Positions 10,978-22,112 of a DNA stretch of 36,573 nucleotides are shown piece after piece. Under the pieces are notes generated by a model. That model was given only the letters and a program-made list of their open reading frames with translations. It had not been told where the DNA came from and searched no databases. This DNA comes from Chiloscyllium plagiosum (taxonomy: Eukaryota), in NCBI RefSeq assembly GCF_004010195.1, contig NC_057758.1, positions 4,433,231-4,469,803 of the forward strand, in the 5' to 3' direction. Position numbers and translations under genes: made by a program. Position 1 is the first letter of the stretch, and every line of letters begins with the position of its first letter.

Positions 10978-13040
10978 TTCTCCCTGCCTGACAGGCACAT
11001 ACTTGCAAAGGACACGCAGGAGCAGATCCTTGAACGCACTTCACATTTCAATTGTGCCCATTCCCTGCTGCTTTCTGTACATCATAAATCTTGCCTAATC
11101 CCATCTTAATTGCGTTTATCTCATCAATAACTTTTGCCCTGCATGAAATACCTGTCCCTTTCCACTTCTGAATTTAACATAATCGAATTGTGCTCAGTAT
11201 TACTTCAGTGTTCACCAAGCTCCAAATCGAGCACCTCGCCTGGTTCATTACCCTGTACATGTGGCTTCTCCCCTTGTTGGCTTGTGTACATGTTGTGTCA
11301 AAATCCATGCTGCACACAGTGGACAAAAACTGACCCAACTAAAGTACTCGAACTGCATTTTTTCCAGTCAATTTTGGGAATTTAATGTCCTCTGTAACAA
11401 TCACCCTGTCAAACTCGCTCCTATACAGAATTATCTTTGCAATCATTTCTTTTACATCTGTGGAACTATTCCGAGGCCTGGAGAAATCGTTTGACCGCTC
11501 CTTTACTGTTTTTAAACTCAACCCATGGTGCTGCAGTAGACGAGTTCTCAAACATCCCCATTGCCACCGTAGTCCTGTCCTTGACGGACAATACCACACC
11601 ATCCCCTCTTATGCCATCTTTTCTGTTCTTACTGAAACATCTAAATCCCGGAACCTAAAACAATCATTGCTAACTCGCCTCTATCCATGTCTCCGAAATG
11701 GCCACATTATCGAAGTCACAGGTACCAAACGTTGCTGTCATTCACCTTTTTCTGCATCCTCCTCATGTTGAAGAAGACACAGTTAAAACCACCTTCATGC
11801 TTGCTGGTGCACTCTTGCGACCTTAAAATCTCATTTCTGACGCCAAGTCGCACAACCTCCTGGATACTGGAACAACAATTTAGGTTTCCATTCACCTGTT
11901 TAATTAGTTTAACCCCCGCGAAGGACATTAGCAAAGTTCACCACCAGGGTATTAGTACCCCACTCGTTCACGTGAAGGCTATCCTGTTTTTGGAGTTCCC
12001 ACCAACCGCAGAATGAGCCCCACTTATCAAGGTATCTGAAAAAATACCTCCTGCAGCATCCATTTAGCACGGGTTCAACTCCTCTCTTTCCGTATTCCTC
12101 GCTTCACTAGCACGCGGCAAGGGCAAAAAAAGATAACAATTCTGTTTGTTCTCGCACTAAGCTTCCAACCTACACTCCTGAATTCCTGCCATTAATCCCG
12201 ATCCCATTGCCGACCTTTTCGTTAGTAACTCTGTGAACCACGATTTGGGATTGCTCCGTCTCCCCCTAAAAGTTCTCGAAAAGTTGATTGAGACGTCATG
12301 TACAAGGCAGCTGGGAGGAAACACACTAACCGTGAGACTCTCTCGTTATCACCGAAGCAGATTTCGGTCTTCTAACTAAGCAATCCTCATTGAATAATGC
12401 TCTGCTCACACACACAACTTTCCCTTTAGACCAACAATGAAAGACTCTTTGCCAGAGGCTTGTACCACATGGTTCACCTTTGGAAAACTCCCACGCAACA
12501 GTTGTCCAAAACTGTATATTGTTATTGAGGGAAAAGGCCACAAGGGTTACCTGCACTGCCTGCCAGTGCCTGTTCCGTGTCCTGGCTATAACCTGTTTGT
12601 CTTTTTCATGCAACAGAGGTTTGACTACCTCCCACTAACTCTTCTCAATAACGCCTTCCACCCCCTGAATGATCCGAAGTTCATTCAGCTCCAGATCCAT
12701 TTCCAGAACGCGATTTTCGAGGAAATGGAGTTGGCTCCCGCAGTCGACGTCAGCAACGATGCTATTGGTGGACATTACCTCCCATGTTCTGGAGAAGGAA
12801 CATTCAACTGCGCTTTCCACTATTCTCAGTATTCTAATTTCCCAACGAGCCTGGAGAAATAGAAAATAAACTAGTTACCTTACTGATCTGGCGCACATCA
12901 AGTTTTATTTTGGTTAGAGGAGGAGGATAGGTGGGAGACACTACATACGTAGTGTTTCAAGTCGCATAACTACCCAAATATATGACCACACTAACTCAAC
13001 ATGTCCATGTCCGCTCCTGCTCAGCGTGCGCTCCGCCTAT
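10978..13040 (-). mobile_element. CR1 LINE 5' half: 5' UTR, ORF1 (zinc-knuckle/leucine zipper plus SGNH esterase-like) and APE endonuclease of ORF2
   Basis: 12635-12820(-) MESAVECSFSRTWEV...QLHFLENRVLEMDLELNELRIIQ (CR1 ORF1 N-terminus). About 11900-12350 has RESHG..CFLPAA and DSLHVNEWGTN esterase-like remnants. About 11700-11790 has FNCVFFNMRRM..DNVAISETWIE (endonuclease). The segment ends KYVPVRQGE, which in CR1 ORF2 directly precedes the (W)FTKEVESL segment at about 8790. Confidence 0.88.
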
Positions 13041-13189
13041 TCACGTGTTAAATATCTTTATCAGTGATTTATCCTCCCGTCAGCTGCCTCATCGACGCTT
13101 CTGCTTTTCCTACTGTTGAAACAAAAATGGAGTACCGCAACCATTGAGGTAAGTACGCTCAAAGAATTTAGAAAAAAATCCGACTCACC

Positions 13190-13400
13190 TTGTATAAATC
13201 TGCTCTCCTTTCTCCTAAAACTACAATTGCTTGCTCTTGGTTGTCCCTCCTTAAAATGCAATGCCTCTGCGTGGCATTTGCCAATCATCTTTCGCATCAT
13301 AACCTCGCTAATTAGACCTCCTCTTATTCTTGTAAACGCCAGTGAGGGTTTAGCCCATAAGCCCATATCACTCCATAAGCAAAGGATGTTACATCTGGAC
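13190..13400 (-). mobile_element. Old CR1 ORF2 C-terminal fragment
   Basis: Minus strand LWAKPSLAFTRIRGGLISEVMMRKMI resembles LGLxSLExRRMRGDLIEVxKIM. Confidence 0.55.
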
Positions 13401-14499
13401 TTGATTTGGGGAAATTACTCTGAACTTCCGCCAATGTAGCAATATATTTCTCAAGTGAAATAATGAAAGCATTACGCTGTACTGCAGAAGTGAAAACAAA
13501 AATACCTTGCGCAGTTGTAGCAACACTTCCCAGATTCTATGATGTAGTACTTGACCAACAACTGCAAAGCGTTCCATTTACAATTTTATTACCTGCTTTT
13601 CCAGTCTCTGAGCCAACTGCTCACATGACGGTTTCCAATCCAAATAATACTCAAGAGGGAAGCCAGACGGCTCATTTGAAACAAAAGATAAATGGTTCTT
13701 CACAAAGGAAACATGAAGCACACAGATTTGCAAATCTGATTGATGCTTACAATCACAAAATAATGATTCATGAAAGATGGCTGCAGTCAGGCTCCTGCTT
13801 TTTAGCATCACAATTGACTCTTTGGTCATTCCAAACTCGACATCTCTCAGGTAATAAAATATTGAATGGTAAAGACTGCATCCCATGTTCTATTGGGTGG
13901 GGTGGTTGGGAATGACGGGTGGCGTGCAAATGCCAAAACATTCCCATCCTCCAGGAGACGAGATATAGGCCTATAATCATTTTAAGTTGTAAGTCGACTC
14001 TTTCAACGCTTTTCACCTCTCTAATATCTTGTCACGCAGCTTTCATGTATTATTTAGTCATATCATGTCTAAGACTCGTGAACTCTGCTGAGTGTGAATG
14101 AAATGTGAACCCCTTCTCACCTGGAAGTGACATCACTCAATCTGTACTCAGCCCTCTTGATAAAACTGTTGTGAGAGTTTCCAAGTATTTATTGTCTCTA
14201 TCAGGTGAAGCACCAACGTCGTGTTTATTTTTACAGTTGTTCGGCACATTGCACTTATTTGAAAAACCGGCCAACTCAACGTGATACGAAACATCTGCGG
14301 GGAATCTAGTTGAGGGATTCTGGCGATGAGGTGGTCTTCCTACCTCATTATTAGTACAATAACACATTAGAGATGAAAGACGTCAATGAAGGTAGTAATA
14401 GAGCAGTGAAATTGTGAGGATTTTCAAATTCTTCGGATGTGATGTGAGACACATCCAACACATGTGGAACTTCGACCTTGGTTTGCAGAAAATATCGAG

Positions 14500-17025
14500 C
14501 GTAGAACATAGAATTGATAGAGCAGTACAGGGCCTTTGCATTACGCTGTTGTGCCGAGCAATTATGTGAAACTAACTTCAACTGAGCTAACACATCTCTC
14601 AATTTATGGCAGTCCATGTGCTTGTCCAGCAGTCTCTTTTCATTGCCTAATGACTCTGACTCTACTTCACTGGCTGACAGCGCATTCCACACACCCACCA
14701 CGCTCTACGTAACCTACTCCTGACGTCTCCGGATACTTTCCTCTCATCATCTGAAAATTGTGATCCCTCGTGACAGCCAATTCTGCCCTGGAGATACGTA
14801 TTTGGTTATCTACTGTAACTATGCATCTTATTATCTTATACACCTTGATCATGTCACCTCTCTTCCTTCTTCTCTCCAGTGTCAAAAGCCCTAGCTCATT
14901 CGACCACTCTTCAGTAGATGCACCCAAAAATACAGACAGCATTTAAGCAAATCATCTCTTAAATCTTTCTAAAGCATCAACATCCTTCCGATAATGAGAC
15001 GACCAGAACTGGACACAAGATTCCAAGTGTGATCTATCAAGGGTCATGTAGAGCTGCAGGAAATCCCCGCGGATGTTAAACACAATTCCCCTGTTACTGA
15101 ATGCCAAAAAGTACATAAGCTTTCTTAACAGCCCAATCAACTTGGGTGTAAACTTTGAGGCATCTTTGAACGTGGACCCCAAAATCCAGACTCATCCAGA
15201 CTGCCAAAAATCCTATCTTTACCACAATATAGAAATTCGAAATTCCAAAATTAATCACTTCGCATTCGACCATGTTAAACCCTATGTGCCAATTTTCAGC
15301 CCTGCTCTGAATACTGTAAATGTCTTATTGTAGCCTGCAAGAGCCCTTGAAGCTACATATAGCACCACCGAACTTTGTGTCACCGGCAAACTTACTAATT
15401 CACCATTCCACTTCTTCATTCAAGTCATTTACAGAAAAAATTCCAAAGATCAGAAGCGCAAGAACAGATCCCATTGGTGAACTACTGGGCAGCGACCTCC
15501 AGGTGAAATACCTCCCATCCACTAACATTTGCTGTATTCTTTCAGCCAGCTAATTCTCTATCCAGGCAGCCAAACCTACCTGTTTCCCATACCTCCTAAC
15601 TGTTTGAAAGAGCCTACCTTGCAGAACCTTAACAGATGCCTGACTGAAATCCATATCCATTGCATCCACTGCTCGACCTTTGCCAACTTGTCTCATTATA
15701 TCATGAAAGAACTCAATAAGGCTTGTGAGGCATAACACTGCCCATCACAAAGCCATGCCGCCTATCTTTAATCAAACTACGTTTTCCCAAGTAATCATAA
15801 ATCGTATCTGGCAGAATCCGTTCAATACCTTGCTTGCCACAGACCTAAGACTGATGTTTGTATAAATCCCAGATATTTCTCCATACACTTTCTTGAAAAA
15901 AGGGCAACATTCGCCTCCCTCCAAACAGTTGGAACTACCTGCGTGATCACTGAGGATACAAAGATCATCGCTAGAGGCGCAGCAATTTCATTCCTCGTTT
16001 CCCTGAGTAACCTTGCTTATACCTGGTCTAGCCATGTAGACTTACCAATCTTGATGTTTCCTCGAATTTCCAACACATCCGCATTCTCGATATCAATCTG
16101 TTCAATCCAATTAATCTGGTCCACGGTGTTCTCACGATCAAAACGTTCCCTATCTTGAGTGAATACTGAAGCGAAAAACTTATTTCGGGCCCGCCTAACT
16201 TCCCAGGCGCAAGTTCCCTGCACTATCCCTGATCGGCCCTACCCTCCCTCTGATCATTCTGTTTTTCCTCACTTAACTGCAGAACGTCTTTGGGTTTTTC
16301 TTAATTCTTACCGCCAAGGCTTTTTCGTATCCCTGCTAGCTCTCTTCATTCCATTTTTGTGTTCTTTCCTAGCGACCCTGTAATCGTCTAACGCTGTGAC
16401 AGATCCCTGCTTCCTCATCCTTAAGTAAGCTCCCTTCTTCTTCGTGACGTGAATCTCCTCTTCTCTTGTCATCCAAGGCTAGTTCAACCTGTTATTCATT
16501 TCCAGGCTCAGTTGGACAATTTTCCCAAAATTCGCAGTCAGTGTTCCTTAAAGTATACACATTGTTGTTCTGTATTTCAATAGAACATTTTTCCCAGCTT
16601 ATACACACACCTCCTATATAATAGCAGCGTAATTTCCTCTCCCAAAATTAAATACCCTCCCATGCTGTCTGTTCCGGTGTTTCACCATGGCTGTGCAAAA
16701 GGTGAGGCTGTTGTGGTATCTGTCACTGAAATACTTGACCACTGAGAGATCCGACACCTGGTCTAGTTCATCGCCAAACACCAAATCCAATGTCGCGCCC
16801 TCCCTTGTTTACCAACCTACAGATTGAGTCAGGAATCCTTCCTGGGCAGAGATGACAAAATCGACTCCATCTAGATTATCTTCACTACAGAGATTCCGAA
16901 CTATGTTGTGGAAATTGAAGTAACCCAGAACAACGAAACTGTTACATCTACACCTTTCTAACATTTGCTATCAAATTGTTCTTCCACCTCCCTGCTACTA
17001 ATGGTGTGTGTGTGTGTGTGTGTGT

Positions 17026-17073
<48 letters not shown>

Positions 17074-18095
17074 NNNNNNNNNNNNNNNNNNNNNNNNNNN
17101 NNNNNNNNNNNNNNNNNNNNNNNNNNNNNNNNNNNNNNNNNNNNNNNNNNNNNNNNNNNNNNNNNNNNNNNNNNNNNNNNNNNNNNNNNNNNNNNNNNNN
17201 NNNNNNNNNNNNNNNNNNNNNNNNNNNNNNNNNNNNNNNNNNNNNNNNNNNNNNNNNNNNNNNNNNNNNNNNNNNNNNNNNNNNNNNNNNNNNNNNNNNN
17301 NNNNNNNNNNNNNNNNNNNNNNNNNNNNNNNNNNNNNNNNNNNNNNNNNNNNNNNNNNNNNNNNNNNNNNNNNNNNNNNNNNNNNNNNNNNNNNNNNNNN
17401 NNNNNNNNNNNNNNNNNNNNNNNNNNNNNNNNNNNNNNNGTGTGTATGCGGGTGTGTTGTGGGGAGCTACAGAAAGCACCCAATGAATTCACCGCTCCAT
17501 TCCTGTTACTGACTTCCACCCATAGTGACTTGATGGACACCCCTCCTCAACGACCTTCTGTTCTGCAGCTGTGATGCACTCTCCAATTAACAATGTTACT
17601 CCCCCTCACATTTTAACCCACTCCCTGTTCTTCTTTAACTATATAAACCCTGGATCATCTAACAACAGGGAAGGTCAGTGTGAAACACATGTCTTCGTTG
17701 CGACCATTCCATCATCATTCCTAGTGGTGATCCGTTCTCGAAGTTCATCAATCTCATTCCTGACACTCCTTGCATTCAGACAGACGCACTTTAGTTCATC
17801 CCTTTGCCTTATCAAATGTGCGTCCTTCCTGACAGACTCTCTGCGTTCTATTCCAGCCAGTTCAACAACTACCATCTCCTTTGATCTGTACCTCTGATTC
17901 CCATCCCCCTGCCAAACTATTTAACCCCTCGCGAAAAGCTCTTGCAAATATCCCGATCAGGGCACTGGCACTCCTCCAAATGTAACCCATCGTTTATATT
18001 TAGCGGTCCCAACTTCCACAGAAGGTATATCAATGTTCTACATCCCTGAAGCCCACCCTCCTGCCACCAGTACTGTAGGCACGTGTTTCGTTGCA
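14500..18095 (-). mobile_element. Long decayed CR1 LINE (end of ORF1, endonuclease, RT, 3' tail), interrupted by (GT)n and a gap
   Basis: Tail GTAGAACATAGAA. Motifs LGLLTLERRRKRGDMIKVYKII, LYMTLDRSHLESCVQFWS, KFAGDTK, SLIEFF..AVDAMDMDFSQA, KFFASVFT, SLWVEVSNRNGAV and LKCVCLNARSVRNEIDEL (endonuclease start). Confidence 0.92.
17004..17445. repeat. (GT)n/(CA)n microsatellite running into a 366-N assembly gap (17074-17439)
   Basis: Directly visible: GT repeats on both sides of the N run. Confidence 0.97.
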
Positions 18096-18299
18096 CTTAA
18101 CCACCGCCCCCCACCCCCACCCCCCAACATTCCTCTCCTTGCATTCAGATCTGGATAGAGGGTAACGACCCCTGTGCAATCACCTCCTGAATTCGGCATA
18201 TGCTTGCTGGGTTTGGTGGTTCGTGGCTAAGTACTCCTGTGGTCCATTAGTATTGTAGTATTTTACAATGCTTCTCCAATTAAATTATCTTATTTTGTT

Positions 18300-18890
18300 C
18301 GACTGCAGCGTGTCTGGCTGCAGCTCCTGTATGGGAGTGTGGATCGATTGAAATTGCAGTTGGAAGCATTGAGGAACATGCAAGACTCTGAGACTGAAAT
18401 GGACAGTATTTTAGGAGGGTGGTCGTGCCACATTTACATTCCCTGTAGGTTGGTGATCATCAGGAGAAGTTGGCAAGCTATGGGGGAGTCTCCTGTGACT
18501 ATTCATCCTCTCAAGCAAGTATACCGATCATACACTATTTTGGATGCGGGAGTGCGGTTGGCAGTGGGGATAGCTTATCGGGGAAAATGGCAGCAGCAGC
18601 CACGTCTTTGGCACCAGGCCTGGTTCTTCTCGAAAGTTGGATGTGGTAACGTTCTAGAGAGCAGTTGTTAAATGGGAAACTCAGTCTGAAGCAGAGACAA
18701 ATCTGTGTGCTTTAGTGGGTGCATCTTCAGAACGATGTGTCATCCTCATGGGGACGGGATCAAGGTCATTTCGAAGCGGTTGCAGAATAAAAGGTTGTGT
18801 GAGAGTCTGCACATCACTGTGCACAAAAGTAAAACAGCATAGATTGGATATGGGGTGAGTTCCTGCAGATTAAGGCAGGAGGTCAAAAAT
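18300..18890 (+). mobile_element. CR1 ORF1 fragment (leucine zipper plus esterase-like region), decayed
   Basis: VDRLKLQLEALRNMQDSETEMDS, ESPVTIHPL..YTILDA, then degenerate GIKVISKRLQN..ITVH resembling the CR1 ORF1 SGNH domain. Confidence 0.7.
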
Positions 18891-20140
18891 GGTTGAAGTT
18901 GTAACAGGCGAGAAAAGCATTTGGCTATTGCTTAGACTAAAACAGCAACTCAAGATATGCGTAACTCTTAACCATTGTTGCAGTGTCAGAATTCAGCACC
19001 TCCTTGGCTCATGGGAATGTGTAACTGTGTGTACATGAATAGGAAAATGTAAACACGGGTATGGAGGATAGATGCACCATGTAACTACAGTGAAGCTCCT
19101 AGCATTTAAATAATCTGCGTCTTGTTCACTGGTGAATTCTTATTACTTATTTCCCGGCAGCATATGCATTCCAATAAGCATGCAATCAATGATGGAAAAA
19201 TCTATGGAACCCCCTAGATTCATCCTTAATCTCATGATAACTACCAGGTATCTCTATTATATTGTTTTGCAATCTTAACATGATTCTGGCCTTTTTATTC
19301 TTTCCCAGACATTTGCCAGCTGCACCATGTCATTTACTAATAACGCAAATAGTTGCTTTTTACTGAGAAATCATCCAAATTCTGTACTAACGTCAGTATG
19401 TTAGATTCGGACGAATATTAATTTTAATCAGCTGTTAAGAAGGTTACACCAGTGTTCATTGGGATTTACAAACAACTGGGATACAACCATTTTGCCACTC
19501 TATATTTTGTGATCTGTCATTGTCACTCTTACCTTCATTTGTTGCCTTTGTCAATTATCTGCATATGTACTAAAATTTACTCTCTCTCATATATGACCAT
19601 CTCTTTTTACAATGTGTCCAGTGTGTTGTCTTTTGGTGGAGGTCGTGTCACAACATTTACTACATTGTCTTCTCTTAAAATGCATTGGGCCTTTACATTG
19701 CCTCGGAGCATTTGATCTAGAGCTACAACTATTGCTTCACATTAATACTTCCATAGTTTTGAAAATGCAGAAATTACTTAAATGTCAAACTTTTGCCACG
19801 AAATATTCTGGAATATCTCTGGCAGGGAAGTCTCAAATGGGGAAAAAGTCCAGTTTCATTTTGAAATGACAAAAGTCTTCGATGCATTAAAATGCATCAT
19901 TATTCCAATATCTGAAGTATCTGCAGATGAGCAAGAGGTGATAATCAGTGTTCGAGAATCTTTGGTTTTTCGAGAAGGCAAATAGATCGGACACTCGAAG
20001 GTTCGAGGATGACATTGGGGAAGTAGGTGACAGTCGGGTAGTTAGGAAGGCTACTGTAGAGTAACTGGCTCTTTGGAAAATTTGCGTCGGTCCTGAAAAC
20101 ACTAAGCAGTGTTATACTTGTTGAATGTTCCATTTGCAAC

Positions 20141-20425
20141 TAGATTTGATACCCTACAGTGTGGAAACAGCCCCTTTGGCCCAACAAGTCCGCACCAACT
20201 CTCCCAGACACATTTCCCTTTGACTAATGCAGCAAATACATTGGGCAATTTGGCATGACCTGCACATCTTTGGACTGTGGGAGGAAACCAGAGCTCGCGG
20301 AGAAAACCCACGCAGACACGGGGCGAACGTGCAAACTCCACACGGACAGTCACCCGAGACTGGCATCGAACTTGAGGCACTGGTGATTTGAGGTAACATT
20401 GCTAACCGCTGAGCCACTGTGCCAC
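20141..20425 (-). mobile_element. tRNA-derived SINE (HE1/V-SINE type)
   Basis: Minus strand GTGGCACAGTGGCTCAGCGGTTAGCA (A box)...GTTCGATGCC (B box), V-domain GGTTTCCTCCCACAGTCCAAAGATGTGCAGGT, CR1-like tail TTGGGCCAAAGGGGCTGTTTCCACACTGTAGGG. Confidence 0.92.
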
Positions 20426-21354
20426 TCTGGCAGCAGCTTCCACAGAACGTGCTTCGATCTCCAATCCAGAACAAAATTAATGGTATCCGTAGAGGTGCCT
20501 GAGCATCAGCAAATGTTCCAGTCAGAGTTTAACCTTAGCCGGAAATGTCCTGTGAATTACAAACATCCTGACCGCATACCTTTCAAAACATCCAAGCTGC
20601 CGTGAAGCAAATAAGATTTGCACAATGTTTTTAAACCAGAATTTCATGACATCAATCATTGCCTCCAACCCAACGATCCCCGACAAAAGTTCTGTTTGTG
20701 ACGCATTTCGCGAATTTGATTAAAATAGACTTAATTGTGCAGATATATTTGAATTAAAAACAAGGTCTCCAATGCTGACGTTGAAGTATGGATGGCATTG
20801 TTATTCAGGGAAATGGACTAATTGCTGTATTATAAAGGTCGGTTGTGTTGAATTTGTAATTTTAATTCATCAGCTGGGTTCACCAAGTGAGATGTGATCA
20901 GCTTTTTTACAAAGACAATGCTGTATCCAATGAGCTTTCAGACTCAACTGAACCCGATTCAAATTCGAAATTTTTTACTCGGCATATTCTCAACCAATAA
21001 AATAAGTAAGACAGTATGTCTCTATTATTTATTCACATTGTGTCTGTTCTCATGCATCTGCCCTTTCCACGTCTCTGACATTTCCTTAACGAGAATTGCC
21101 TCCGAGAACTCTGCAGGCAGTTAAACAAACAGATAAATAAATGACAAAGCTGACATAAGGCAAAGTCGATCAGCAGTTGATAGCAAAACAAAAAGTGCTT
21201 TTCTGTCCCAGTCGAAACTCAGTCTCACTTTTGAAACAGCCTGATCTCCTCTGCTTACACCATTACTCTTCTTGTGTCTAAAATCTCCAGCTTGTACAGC
21301 AAATCATCGAAAATATTCGTCCAATGCTACCAACTTACCAGAACTGATATCTAC

Positions 21355-21495
21355 TCACAGTCAAAACGTGTGGCACTGGATGGACACGGCCGATCAGGCA
21401 GCATTCAAGGAGCATTAGAGAGTTTTTCAGTCAAAAACTCCTCAGATGCTGCCTGACAGAATGTGTTTTTCCAGGACCACACTTTTTGACTATGT
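21355..21495. mobile_element. Palindromic Penelope pLTR-derived element
   Basis: AGTCAAAACGTGTGGCACTGGA...TCAGGCAGCATTCAAGGAG is the imperfect inverse of CTCCTCAGATGCTGCCTGA...TCCAGGACCACACTTTTTGACT. Confidence 0.8.
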
Positions 21496-22112
21496 GTTCT
21501 GGCCTCCATGATCCTCGCGATTTCCTGATATCCTCTCATATTCTGCAACTGTTGCATGCATTCAAGACATATGAAGGCTAACCCAACACGAATGTGCACA
21601 CTTCCCAGTTAGCGAATATCAATTGTGGAAGACATCTGAGATATGTCAGTGACGTGATCCGTTTCATTGATAATGTCAGAAGTCTGGTTTGTTGTCATGC
21701 CAAACTTCCAATTATTGCGGGTCTGCCGATTGCACTACAAGCAATCGCGCTTTCATCTAATTACACACTGTCACTTAAGAATAGAAGTAATAACCATCTT
21801 TCTATGAGTTTTGCAGTTTCAGCATCTGACTTTTCAACTTTACCAGTCATTACCTATGTGTGGTTTATACATTAATTGTCCTTTTTATCAATCATTTATA
21901 ACGCAGTAATTTTCTCATCCATTGATAATGTTGATTCTAAATATAATGTCATGTATTGTCCTTTTCTGGGCGAGGACAATAAACCTCACTCACCTTCCTT
22001 AGAGATGTACCTTTTAAATGCAATTCTGAAAAGGTATATTTCTCGACGGAATGACAATTGCGAAAACAAGTTTTGCCTTTACTTTGCTGACTTTCAATTT
22101 GATTTACTGGAG

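Noticed and set aside
16958..17574. Long ORFs with HTHT/VCVC runs and X residues, and similar ORFs at 30996-31886
   Set aside because: Artefacts of the microsatellite and N gaps.
18900..20140. Apparently unique AT-rich stretch with short ORFs
   Set aside because: No recognisable domain, splice structure or repeat pattern by eye, so it is left unannotated.
20360..20425. tRNA-like A and B boxes (also near 3060-3123, 32480-32543 and 35251-35295)
   Set aside because: These are SINE heads attached to V-domain and LINE-like tails, not tRNA genes.
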